Position numbers and translations under genes: made by a program
Assembly (NCBI GenBank): GCA_031409335.1
Contig: JANNWY010000307.1
Location: 78,407-142,406, forward strand
Source: Chthoniobacteraceae bacterium
Lineage (GTDB): Bacteria > Verrucomicrobiota > Verrucomicrobiia > Chthoniobacterales > Chthoniobacteraceae
DNA: 64,000 nt
Reading direction: 5' to 3'
The notes under the pieces: generated by a model
The model's input: only the letters and a program-made list of their open reading frames with translations
What the model was told of the DNA's origin: nothing
Databases searched by the model: none
Shown: positions 20,001-27,283 of the stretch, in pieces
Layout of the letters: each line of letters starts with the position of its first letter
Numbering within the stretch: position 1 is the first letter of the stretch

Positions 20001-20358
20001 CTTTGGCACGGGCGGCGTGGGGACGCTGGTCTTCACGACCTTTGCGCCCGGCGCTTTCACCCTGAACATCCTCAACTACACCAGCGTTGCGAGCGGCTAC
20101 GATCTGAACCAAAGCGGCCTTACGGCCAGCGACGACCGGCTGATTTTCCAACACGATATCAGCACCGCGGGATTCCTGAATCAGATCACCTTCAACGGAG
20201 TCGGCGCGTCGCAAATCTCGCTCGATAGCGGCTACTTTGAAATCGTGCCCGTGCCGGAGCCATCGAGCGTCGCGACCGTGATGGGGCTGCTCGGGCTCGT
20301 CGGCTGGCGCGAACGGCAGCGGGGACAGCGGGCGCGGCGCGTCGAACGCTTGGGGTGA
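14065..20358 (+). CDS. Giant autotransporter-associated beta-strand repeat protein with PEP-CTERM (2097 aa)
   Basis: Signal peptide, many LTKxGAGTLxLxGxNxY repeats, C-terminal VPEPSSVATVMGLLGLVGWRER. Confidence 0.92.
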   Translation: MKPRLFSAARRSFALAGSIAALLAAPSAQANNTWDGDAGGSFLWSNPVNWGSDTPPVYGTLTFSGSIGTTNVNDSITSMNGLLWTGTSAWTLNNSGGTILSLFDLGGSTPAKIENQSSGLVTINAPITFAATAGPVWGEINAVNGGITFGSGTLTVNGSQVQYIKMFGGGQTTTFNNTVSATGKAFYTTSGSGMTMAVGGAFTSGDIFIMNGSTLRLNSGGSITTSQLRLGGDFGTTLTQNLALGATFALTNASGGQSFSSGINTVGSNTSNALLIDSQNTSGTNTISSAIALDSGLRIQQAAGGSLTFSGGSINIKAQTLTVQGAGTTTINEVLGSSLGAGGSLVKTGAGTLILQGITNNYTGTTAGTLNANGTQINQGTLGIYGDLSLGVAPTSAYNNIQFTGSATLQDTANNITLAATRNISIAAGATATFDSLANTFTIPGVISGATGVVTKIGTGTLTLNGAAVNTFAGGLNANGGTLILDYSNLSTPTATTPTNLIAATNALQINNATLTITGKSLASTTTAQTFAGTTLGAGINTVNIAKGALGTSATLTLGALTLSSISLTTFSPTTAWTTVASATERVFISAGGSVNGSALVLPSGANTAFVNAGMFHRVAGGAAGSLRLAAVNSSGQLLDKANAANVGTATSGVLTDATASYQWNSSVNTTLTNTSATAYGLLLNGNSDFLTLTLAAGGTLTINSIIQIKSAQGLTFAPGSGTSNIIIGAERNLVIAMDNSSFVAITAPIANNGSTGGTGGTASALTIAGTSPGSQGAVTLGGANTYSGATTITRGTLALGNASALSTTSGLTLGGASAATLTNSGDINNIVINGPITAANSGITSTIAYGRTTSAQGSISLLGGITGGGGNVTFTTVSTSSGGNVQTIVLGGGVGSAGAYGGSTTITTGNVGNSMTLRSGIANALPTTTVLTFAQNNGSGSGRTTTFDLNGNNQTLAGLSNTGVVPENRNMTVTSGSAATLTINSTANHTFGGRTISTVQTTVGTNTRAQIAGAISLIKNGAGTFTLGGTLAGGAVAAGNTFTGSTQILAGILVLGETLSIQSSAFDTGSVLGDTNNGLRAGIGGTGVTTLTLGGLTGGNSFASRFTSTTGGYTGLTDLTLNPGTGVTHTYSGDVGNGAGAMALTKSGAGTHVLSGTNTHTGGTNISAGTLSFANGALGTTGNITFTGNSTLQWNGANTQDISARLVMSTGVTSTLDTNNNNVTLATGFGSSSTGALTKVGSGILTLSGINTYSGATTIASGGGTLRLENIAAVSASSGVTLLGTGANATVLQFATNTPFAGFPQITHGFSSSSGGTIVSDRLTTGGGLVQVLGNASLGNVQINFTQGSLVNDTGAAGISLGNVTFDTSTSGGSTTFNPTTANLIITGTVAGGASALGSHTMVLGGTSLGNLVSGNITNGSRPTQNLTKSGISTWVLSGTGSNYNGATTISGGTLAGIGANAFGNTTGISIAAASSATLSLRGDASTNFVRAIDSVPYSVTTTANGATINVDAATGVTTPKTMTIGTLLLNTAITNGTTFTGANNTSLSIGAVTTGNSVSGTETLTNSISSSGTLTLASVSVLRTTAPTLKFDGAGNTTVTGAITESAPTALTKEGAGTLTLTGSNSYTGTTTVTLGTLKLDRAAADNNTIATDGLTATTSDILINGGTLELAASEQIANTGSINMTSGAFNFGAATGKTETIDKFSNSGGAFTTGANTLIGLGATITWSGGTNTVSAGGNVQDGHIVISGGTNTVEGGATGGVLELLSTSPALLEMSAGSTLTLNSDNGVAGKLLLRGNVSTSGDSTVTIASGLALTNKGNIDLDGPSARTFTVAEGAAATDLAISAVITNGALTKAGAGTMALTAVNTYTGTTLVSNGTLSVDNNNTTTFGKITGSAAAASITVNNGGTLLLAGAGNNDRIANAAGVTLAGGTLGLAAGVNVSEGVAMEKNAGVLTVGTSSVGLGLLTLSANSTLDFGTGGVGTLVFTTFAPGAFTLNILNYTSVASGYDLNQSGLTASDDRLIFQHDISTAGFLNQITFNGVGASQISLDSGYFEIVPVPEPSSVATVMGLLGLVGWRERQRGQRARRVERLG

Positions 20359-20422
20359 ACAATTTCGACCGAGGAAGGAAGGAGTGGCGGCAGTTTTCTT
20401 GACGGGGGACTGCCACTCTCAA
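20356..20422 (+). repeat. Conserved post-PEP-CTERM element B, copy 2
   Basis: TGAACAATTTCG...GTGGCGGCAGTTTTCTTGACGGGGGACTGCCACTCTCAA. Confidence 0.85.
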
Positions 20423-20593
20423 GTGGGAAAAGACGAAAGCCGCGTGCGGTTGCTCGAACGTGAGCAACCCGGTCGTCGCGCCTTTCCGCGCAGGCGCGAG
20501 GATGAAAATCTCGCCCGGTTTCGGCGCAGGCAATACCCATTCGCCATTGAGATCGGGCCGATCGGGAATGCCAGCGCGCGAGGGGAGCAGCAG

Positions 20594-20659
20594 AGTAGTC
20601 CACGACTTTAGTCGGCTAAACCGAGGCCACGTCTTGGCCGACTGAAGTCGTGGACTACT
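20594..20659. repeat. GTAG-type REP doublet (REPIN-like)
   Basis: AGTAGTCCACGACTTTAGTCGGC ... GCCGACTGAAGTCGTGGACTACT, an inverted pair. Confidence 0.75.
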
Positions 20660-20697
20660 TTCGCAAGCGCCGTACGAGGGGTGTCTCGCTGGAAAGC

Positions 20698-20744
20698 TTG
20701 AACGCGCGGTGCAGTCGCGGGATCGGTGCTCCGCCGAAGCGGCA
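20698..20744 (+). repeat. 47-bp direct repeat A, copy 2
   Basis: TTGAACGCGCGGTGCAGTCGCGGGATCGGTGCTCCGCCGAAGCGGCA. Confidence 0.85.
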
Positions 20745-21193
20745 GCAATCGGGCAACCGTCATTTCCGGCTGCGTTCACGGTTTGCCATGCCGTGGGAAG
20801 TGTCGCCAAGCCCTGCCACCGGGTGCTGCCCGCACCCGCGATTCCGTGACGCGACGGAACCCACTGCATCGCTGAAAAAACTTGGCCCGCCCCGGTTTTC
20901 ACCGAAGCGGGCCGTTATCCCGTCATGTGATTCACGGTGTCTCACGACAGCGCGATCTCCACACGACGCCAAGTTCGTTCCCGGCAGATCCCCCGAGCCA
21001 CCGAGAACGATCACATCGTCCTCCGCGGCACCGATGCGCTCAATCCAAGGTTTGTAACATTCCGACGACACAAGCGGTCGCTGGAGCCCGCCCCACGCCG
21101 AGGCGATGCGATGTGAAGAAAGCCGCTCTTTTTTTCACAGAAACCGGCACGGTGTTTCGACGCCAAAGATCGAAGTGGCTCCCAACCGAGAGT

Positions 21194-21428
21194 GATTATA
21201 CTGCCGCGCATCAAGTTTTGTGAACTGGGCCTGCGTCCTTTGGCGTTTGGCGTTTGACGTTTGGAGTTTGGAGTTTAGCCCCGCGCAGCGGCCTCGCGGT
21301 TGTTCACCCGTCATCCGAAGCGATGGCGCTTGCAGCGGGCCAAACGCCAAACGCCAAACTTCAAACGCCAAACTTCAAATCATGCCACTGCCCAATTTTC
21401 CAAAAACTTCATGCGTGGCAGTATAATC
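21194..21428. mobile_element. MITE-like element (~235 bp) with ~37-bp imperfect terminal inverted repeats and internal heptamer hairpin
   Basis: GATTATACTGCCGCGCATCAAGTTTTGTGAACTGGGC versus the reverse complement of GCCCAATTTTCCAAAAACTTCATGCGTGGCAGTATAATC. No transposase inside. Confidence 0.7.
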
Positions 21429-21551
21429 TCCGCTGTCCCTCCGGGACAAAGAGCGAGCGCCGTGTTTGCACCACATCCAATCACACCCATGCAGGTGAAA
21501 CTGGACGCGGTGATTTCCATCGCATTAGTGTCGCGCCTTTCACCGCAAACC

Positions 21552-22127
21552 ATGCGCACCACCGCTCCAGAAAAAATCCTGAAGATCATCGACGACATCG
21601 ACGCGCAGGGAAACGCATCGCTGACCCGCCTGACGGTGTTGAAAAAATGGTTCGAGCATCCGGGCCGGCTGTCCGCCTTTGGGCTGTGGATCGCGCGCAT
21701 GGCAGCAGGCCGGAAGGGCAAGACGAAGGGCAAGGCGGGCGCGCTGTTGGACGAAACGCGCGCTTTGCTCGGTTCCCCGGCGACACGGGAGAGTTACTTC
21801 CAAAAGATCAACTGGAATTCGGCGAAGAGCTTGCACGGCCGGGCGCGGGATTTTCACAGCGACTTCCAGAAGCAGCAATGGGGGCCGGTGCGGATCATCC
21901 ACTGCTGGCCGCTGCTGCTGGTCGAGGAAGGGCTGGCGCTCTATCTGGGATGGACGAAATCGCCGAGTGACGGCTACAAGCTGGCTGCCGACTGGACGAA
22001 GAACTACGACTCCCGCTACGGCGATGGCCTGAACGGTCCCAGCTCCGGCAAGCTCAAGGAACTTGTGCAGTTCATGTTCACCGTCGAAGCGATCCAGGAG
22101 GACCAATCACGCGAGAAGGGTGGTTGA
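21552..22127 (+). CDS. Hypothetical protein (191 aa)
   Basis: Globular, protein-like ORF (MRTTAPEKILKIIDDID...YDSRYGDGLNGPS) with coding-like codon usage. Start is uncertain. Confidence 0.7.
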   Translation: MRTTAPEKILKIIDDIDAQGNASLTRLTVLKKWFEHPGRLSAFGLWIARMAAGRKGKTKGKAGALLDETRALLGSPATRESYFQKINWNSAKSLHGRARDFHSDFQKQQWGPVRIIHCWPLLLVEEGLALYLGWTKSPSDGYKLAADWTKNYDSRYGDGLNGPSSGKLKELVQFMFTVEAIQEDQSREKGG

Positions 22128-22172
22128 ATCCGCACTTCTGCGAGGGCACACCGCGGCCGCGGACGTTCCCAC

Positions 22173-23360
22173 TCAATCGTAGAGCAAGGTCATATGACGC
22201 CGGTGCTCGAACGCGGCCTCTTCTTTCGCCCACTCCGGCAGCAGATCGCGCCACGGTTTTCCCACATCGAGATGCTCGCGTTCGCGTGATGAGCCAAACA
22301 GCAGGTCGATCGCGATCGGCTTTTTCTTGAACTCGTAAACCTCGCCGCGCCACGCGAATTGCGCGCCCGACATTTCCCGGATCACCGCGAGCAGTGCGAG
22401 GCTCGCGCGCACTGGCTGGAAGGTGGCGCGATCGGTCACGTGCAATTGCACGCCGCCGCAGTCCTTGTCCTTGTGCTTTTGAAAAGTCGGGCGGAACCAC
22501 AGCGCGCGGAACCGCACGCCAGGCAGTTTTTCGTCCTCCATCCGCCGCGCGAGCTTCGTCGCATCCAGCCACGGCGCGCCGCAGATCTCGAAAGGCCGCG
22601 TCGTGCCGCGACCCTCGCTGAGATTCGTGCCTTCAAAGAGACACTGCCCCGGATAGACCACGGCAGTTTCCAGCGTCGGCATGTTTGGCGAAGGCAGCAC
22701 CCACGGCAGGCCGGTTTCGTCGAAATATTGCGCGCGCTTCCAGCCTTCGCACGGCACGACGTACAGCTCCCCGCGATCGAGATTCAGCTCGCGCTGATAG
22801 AGCATCGCCAGCTCACCCATCGTCAATCCGTGGCGCGTCGCGATGTCATGAATTCCCACGAAACTCTCGAACCCGGCCCGCAGCGCCGGCCCCTCGACCG
22901 CCACGCCGCCGAGCGGATTCGGGCGATCGAGCACCCACACTTTCATCCCGCGCGAAAGCGCCGCATCAAGGCAATACCGCATCGTCGCCTGAAACGTGTA
23001 GTAGCGGCTCCCCACATCCTGCATGTCGATCACCAGCGCATCGAGCTCCTTCATTTGCTCCTCGGTCGGCCGCAGGCTCTCCGGCTTCGTGCCATACAAA
23101 CTATGCACCGGCACCGCCGCCGGCACCTTCGACTCCGCACTCGTGATCCCAATCAAATCCTGCGCCTGCCCCAGCAAGCCATGCTCCGGCCCAAAGATCG
23201 CGCCGAGCTTCACGCCCGGTGCCGTCGAAAAAAGATCAATCGCGTGCCGCAACTGCGCATCCACCGCCGCCGGATGCGTGACCAAGCCGACACGCAAGCC
23301 CCGCAACGGAGCGAATTCCTGCGCGACGAGAACATCAAGACCGGAGCGGACTTTGGGCAT
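22173..23360 (-). CDS. namZ: DUF1343 exo-beta-N-acetylmuramidase (NamZ family)
   Basis: IFGPEHG, DMQDVGSRYYT, LDRPNPLGG, PSPNMP and NLSEGRGTTRPFE motifs. Confidence 0.92.
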   Translation of the reverse strand: MPKVRSGLDVLVAQEFAPLRGLRVGLVTHPAAVDAQLRHAIDLFSTAPGVKLGAIFGPEHGLLGQAQDLIGITSAESKVPAAVPVHSLYGTKPESLRPTEEQMKELDALVIDMQDVGSRYYTFQATMRYCLDAALSRGMKVWVLDRPNPLGGVAVEGPALRAGFESFVGIHDIATRHGLTMGELAMLYQRELNLDRGELYVVPCEGWKRAQYFDETGLPWVLPSPNMPTLETAVVYPGQCLFEGTNLSEGRGTTRPFEICGAPWLDATKLARRMEDEKLPGVRFRALWFRPTFQKHKDKDCGGVQLHVTDRATFQPVRASLALLAVIREMSGAQFAWRGEVYEFKKKPIAIDLLFGSSREREHLDVGKPWRDLLPEWAKEEAAFEHRRHMTLLYD

Positions 23361-23411
23361 GGCGGCGAGGTATCAGCGTTCGCGGAAAATGGCGAGCGGA
23401 AGCAGCGCGCG

Positions 23412-23999
23412 TTACCCGCCTGCGTGCGCCCGAATTTCATCCACGACCCGGGCCGACTCGACGATCATCGCAGGCTGATAGTCCATCGCCGCCAGCCGAC
23501 GTTCGATCGCCTGCCCGTCGATGCGTCCGGCACGAAGCAGCGCGCTGACGACGCTGATGTCCTTCATGCCGCGATCCACTCCGCCACGTCCCATGCGGAT
23601 GGAAAGCCGCGCGCCCGCCGTCGCGGCGATTTTCGACACAGCCATGTCCACGGGATCGAGGGCGAAGACGCGCTCGAATCCCGGCATCGGCACAAGCCGC
23701 TCCCGCCAGCCTGCGGGGAAATTTTCCGAAACGCGCAGATCCACGAAATCGCCGTAGTAACCGGTGGCGTCGTGGAATTCGTGGTCTTTCCCGAGGCTCT
23801 CCAGCAGCCGCGCGCGCAATCCTGCATCGTCGGGATCGAGCAGAAAATCCGCGTCGAGGGTGACTTCGACACCGAGCCGCGCCGGTGGATCGGCTGGGAA
23901 TGAGGCGAAGAGCGAGGACGATCCGAAAAGAATGATCCGCTGCTCCGGGACGATCGCCTGCACACGACCGATGAGTTGAGTCAATGACTCGATGTCCAC
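23412..23999 (-). CDS. DUF6036-like nucleotidyltransferase
   Basis: IILFGSSSL...TLDADF (GS...DxD NTase signature), FHDATGYYGD, PAGWRERL, LDPVDMAVSK. GTG start. Confidence 0.75.
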   Translation of the reverse strand: MDIESLTQLIGRVQAIVPEQRIILFGSSSLFASFPADPPARLGVEVTLDADFLLDPDDAGLRARLLESLGKDHEFHDATGYYGDFVDLRVSENFPAGWRERLVPMPGFERVFALDPVDMAVSKIAATAGARLSIRMGRGGVDRGMKDISVVSALLRAGRIDGQAIERRLAAMDYQPAMIVESARVVDEIRAHAGG

Positions 24000-24337
24000 G
24001 AAAGCCGGTCGAGATCCCCTGCATTCAGGATGCCCGGAAATGGCGAGAAGCCTTTCCACTGCATCGCGTCGGGAGATTCATCCACGAGCAGGGCGAGAAG
24101 TTTCTCAAAAGCCGCGGCGTCTTGCTGCGCCGCCTCGATCATCGTGCGCCAGCCTTCGAGCCGGTCGCGGCTGGCGTGCCCGCGCGCGAGCCAGCGGGCG
24201 ATGTTGGCGAGAGGGATGGCGAGCAGGGAAGGGTCCGCCTGGATCTTCGCCGCGACCGTCTCGAAGCGCAGGCGCGAGATTCTCTCCGCAGGCCGCGTAT
24301 CGTATGGGAAAAGAGCGGGATCTGAATCAGCGGACAT
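23981..24337 (-). CDS. Small helical protein, putative partner/antitoxin of the NTase
   Basis: AAKIQADPSLLAIPLANIARW...SPFPGIL; overlaps the NTase start by 19 nt. Confidence 0.65.
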   Translation of the reverse strand: MSADSDPALFPYDTRPAERISRLRFETVAAKIQADPSLLAIPLANIARWLARGHASRDRLEGWRTMIEAAQQDAAAFEKLLALLVDESPDAMQWKGFSPFPGILNAGDLDRLSWTSSH

Positions 24338-24434
24338 CGGCATGGCGTGCGCAAGATGACACCGCTTTCCACTCGCGCCAAGAGCGGAGAGGCGTGCTTT
24401 GGATGGTGCCGCACGGTCGGGCAAGCAAGTCACT

Positions 24435-25970
24435 TCAATAACTCTTTGCCCACACCACGCGCCGCGCGCTTCGCTCGCCGGTCAGGATGCATTTCCCGTC
24501 TTCTTCCGTGCCGGAAAATGGGATGCAGCGGATCGTTACTTTGAGATCTTCTTTGATCTTGTTTTCGACTTCGGCGGAGCCGTTCCAATGCGCGAGCGCG
24601 AAGCCTCCGTGGATCTCGGGTTTGTCGGAATTCTTGGCGGTGAAGAAGGCGTAGAATTCTTCCTTGGTGTCGATCTTCACGGTGTTCGCATCGCGCAGGG
24701 CGGTGGCGCGGGCGAGGAGCGTGGACTGTATTTCGTCGAGGATCGTCGCGGTTTTTCCGACGAAATCCGCCGTTGGCAAAAACTCTTTTTCCTTCGAACC
24801 GCGATCACGGCGGGCGACGGCAACGCTGCCCTTTTCCAAATCGCGCGGGCCGATCTCGACGCGCAGCGGTACGCCTTTTTTGATCCATTCCCAATTCTTC
24901 TGCCCGCCGCCGATGTCGCGCTTGTCGATCTCCACGCGGATGGGTTCGCCCGCGTAACTTTGCGCGCGCAATTCACCCGCGAGTTTTTCCACCGCGGCGA
25001 GCACGGCGTCGCGCGTTTCGGGCTTTGGCGTGACGGGTAAAATGACGACGTGCGCGGGGGCGACGCGCGGCGGGAGGATGAGGCCGTCGTCGTCGCCATG
25101 CGCCATGATGACGGTGCCGAGGAGGCGCGTGCTCACGCCCCAGCTCGTCGTCCAGGCGAGTTCCTGTTTGTTGTCGCGCGAGAGGAATTGAATGCCGCTG
25201 GCCTTCGCAAAATTCTGTCCGAGAAAGTGCGACGTGCCAGCCTGAATCGCCTTCCGATCCTGCACCATCGCCTCGATGCACAGCGTTTTCACCGCGCCGG
25301 GAAAACGTTCGCCCGCACTTTTTTCGCCCGTGAAAACGGGCAGCGCCAGCCAGTCGCGCGCGAATGTTTCGTAAATGCCGAGGATCAAATCCGTCTCCGC
25401 CAGCGCCTCCGCTTCGGTCTCGTGCGCGGTGTGACCTTCCTGCCAGAGAAACTCCGCGGTGCGCAGAAAAATCCGCGGGCGCAATTCCCAGCGCACCACG
25501 TTCGCCCATTGATTGATGAGGATCGGCAGGTCGCGCCACGACTGCACCCATTTCGCGTAGCTCGCACCGATGATCGTCTCGCTCGTGGGCCGCACCACGA
25601 GCGGCTCGGTGAGCTGCGCGGAAGGTGCCGGACGCAGCCCGCCCGCGCCATCCGATTCGAGCCGGTGATGCGTCACGACCGCGCATTCTTTTGCGAAACC
25701 TTCGACGTGCTCCGCTTCTTTCGCGAGGTATGAGAGCGGGATGAATAGCGGGAAATAAGCGTTCTTATGTCCCGTCTCCTTAAACATCCGATCCAGCGTC
25801 CGCTGCATCGCTTCCCACAATCCGTAGCCCCACGGCTTGATGACCATGCAGCCGCGCACGTCCGAGTTTTCCGCCATGTCGGCGGCGCGCACGACTTGCT
25901 GATACCACTCGGGAAAATCCTCGTCGCGGCGGGGTGTGATGGCGGTTTTTTCTTGCTGTGGCTGGCTCAT
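24435..25970 (-). CDS. proS: Proline--tRNA ligase (archaeal/eukaryote-like type)
   Basis: VRPTSET, QWANVVRWE, FLRTAEFLWQEGHT, GTSHFLGQNF and C-terminal AKSY. Confidence 0.97.
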   Translation of the reverse strand: MSQPQQEKTAITPRRDEDFPEWYQQVVRAADMAENSDVRGCMVIKPWGYGLWEAMQRTLDRMFKETGHKNAYFPLFIPLSYLAKEAEHVEGFAKECAVVTHHRLESDGAGGLRPAPSAQLTEPLVVRPTSETIIGASYAKWVQSWRDLPILINQWANVVRWELRPRIFLRTAEFLWQEGHTAHETEAEALAETDLILGIYETFARDWLALPVFTGEKSAGERFPGAVKTLCIEAMVQDRKAIQAGTSHFLGQNFAKASGIQFLSRDNKQELAWTTSWGVSTRLLGTVIMAHGDDDGLILPPRVAPAHVVILPVTPKPETRDAVLAAVEKLAGELRAQSYAGEPIRVEIDKRDIGGGQKNWEWIKKGVPLRVEIGPRDLEKGSVAVARRDRGSKEKEFLPTADFVGKTATILDEIQSTLLARATALRDANTVKIDTKEEFYAFFTAKNSDKPEIHGGFALAHWNGSAEVENKIKEDLKVTIRCIPFSGTEEDGKCILTGERSARRVVWAKSY

Positions 25971-26013
25971 ATTTTTTTGGGAAAAGGGCCGCGAAGCTAA
26001 ACGCCGCGCGCGA

Positions 26014-27075
26014 TCACGGCAAGCCGCTCCGGGAAAGGTGATACACGGCGAAGGTCGCGAGCCAGTGTTCGCCTTCGTAGTGGCCGCTGAAAACGTAGCG
26101 CAGGCCAGCCTCGGCGTGCGCTTTCATCGCGGCGTCGATCGCGGCGCGGCGCGCATCGTCCGCGGGCAGCGCGGCGGCGATGCCTTGCAGCGTCCAGGCG
26201 CGGCTGAGATTCAGGCCGACGAGATGCACGATGCGCGGGTCGGAGAGGTCGCTGACTTCGGCGGGCGTGGTCCAGGCGGCGGGCAGCGCGGGCATGAAAT
26301 CGGTGAGCCATTTTGAAAACTCGGCGGCGGGCAGGACGCGGCGCATGAGGTCGGCTTCGTTGAGGCCGGGGGAGAAGAAGTCTTCGCCGGACGGTTCGTA
26401 GGCGGCGGGATAGGCGCGGTCTTTTAGAAAATAATCGCGGGCGCGTTGTTCGACGAGGCTCGCGAGTTCGATGTCTTTCACCGCTTTCGCGTAGTCGTGG
26501 ATTTGGCCGAGCGCGAAGGCCGTGTCGGGATGCACGCCGGTGCGGATCGGGTAGGTGAGGCGCGGCAGATAATCCTTCGTCAGCGCGACGAGTTTGGTTT
26601 CGAGCGGGACGAAATTCGCGGCCCAGCGCGTAGCGTCGGGATCGTCCCACGCGCGGAGTTCCGCGGCGAGCCGCAGCGCCCAGGCCCAGCCATACATGCG
26701 CTCGAAACCGCGATTCTTTTTGTCTTCAAAATAGGCAGTTTCGATCGCGATGTTTGCGGCGGTGAGATGCGCTTCGAGGCGCGCGCGGATTTCGGCGGCG
26801 TTGGAAATTGCAGGCTGGATGCGCAGCAGCCGCGCGAGCATCCAGTGCCCGTGGACCGCGGAGTGCCAGTCGAAGCAGCCGAAGAACGCAGGATGCATTT
26901 GCCGCGGCGTGCGGAGGTCTTCCGGCTTGGCGAGGACGTCGCCGGGTTTGTTGGGAAATTCCTGGTCGATGCCTTTCAGCGCGAGCTTCGCGAAGGCGGC
27001 GGCGCGTTCCGCATCGAGCGGCTCCTGAGCAGACGAGGAAATGACGAGTGCGATCAAGGCGGGGAGGGCTTTCAT
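26014..27075 (-). CDS. DUF2891 family protein
   Basis: HPAFFGCFDWHSAVHGHW, FERMYGWAW, HLVGLNLSRAW and YEGEHWLATFA; signal peptide. Confidence 0.9.
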   Translation of the reverse strand: MKALPALIALVISSSAQEPLDAERAAAFAKLALKGIDQEFPNKPGDVLAKPEDLRTPRQMHPAFFGCFDWHSAVHGHWMLARLLRIQPAISNAAEIRARLEAHLTAANIAIETAYFEDKKNRGFERMYGWAWALRLAAELRAWDDPDATRWAANFVPLETKLVALTKDYLPRLTYPIRTGVHPDTAFALGQIHDYAKAVKDIELASLVEQRARDYFLKDRAYPAAYEPSGEDFFSPGLNEADLMRRVLPAAEFSKWLTDFMPALPAAWTTPAEVSDLSDPRIVHLVGLNLSRAWTLQGIAAALPADDARRAAIDAAMKAHAEAGLRYVFSGHYEGEHWLATFAVYHLSRSGLP

Positions 27076-27094
27076 TTTTTGGGAAGGGGAAACA

Positions 27095-27209
27095 TTCAAC
27101 GTCCAACTTTCAACGTTCAACGTTCAAAGGCCGAGTTCCGAGTGGACGCTGCTTGCTCCTTTGAAAGTTGAGCGTTGGACGTTGGACGTTGAGCCCCGCG
27201 CAGCGGCCT
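27095..27209. repeat. Inverted heptamer-repeat hairpin element with conserved 18-mer
   Basis: (TTCAACG)-like x5, spacer, (CGTTGGA)-like x5, then AGCCCCGCGCAGCGGCCT, identical to 21277..21294. Confidence 0.8.
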
Positions 27210-27283
27210 TCCATTCGTTTCTTCCACATCGACCTCGCGCCGAGCCGTGCAGTATGCAGCATCCACGTTTGAATATCCCCGCC

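Noticed and set aside
12361..20744. Diversity-generating retroelement or shufflon explaining the repeats
   Set aside because: No reverse transcriptase or recombinase in the window, the repeats are direct, and the mismatches are not adenine-specific.
20760..21190. Short ORFs between repeat A and the MITE
   Set aside because: No consistent coding signal or motif.
24435..25970. Eukaryote/archaea-like ProRS as evidence of unusual transfer
   Set aside because: This ProRS type is common in many bacterial phyla.
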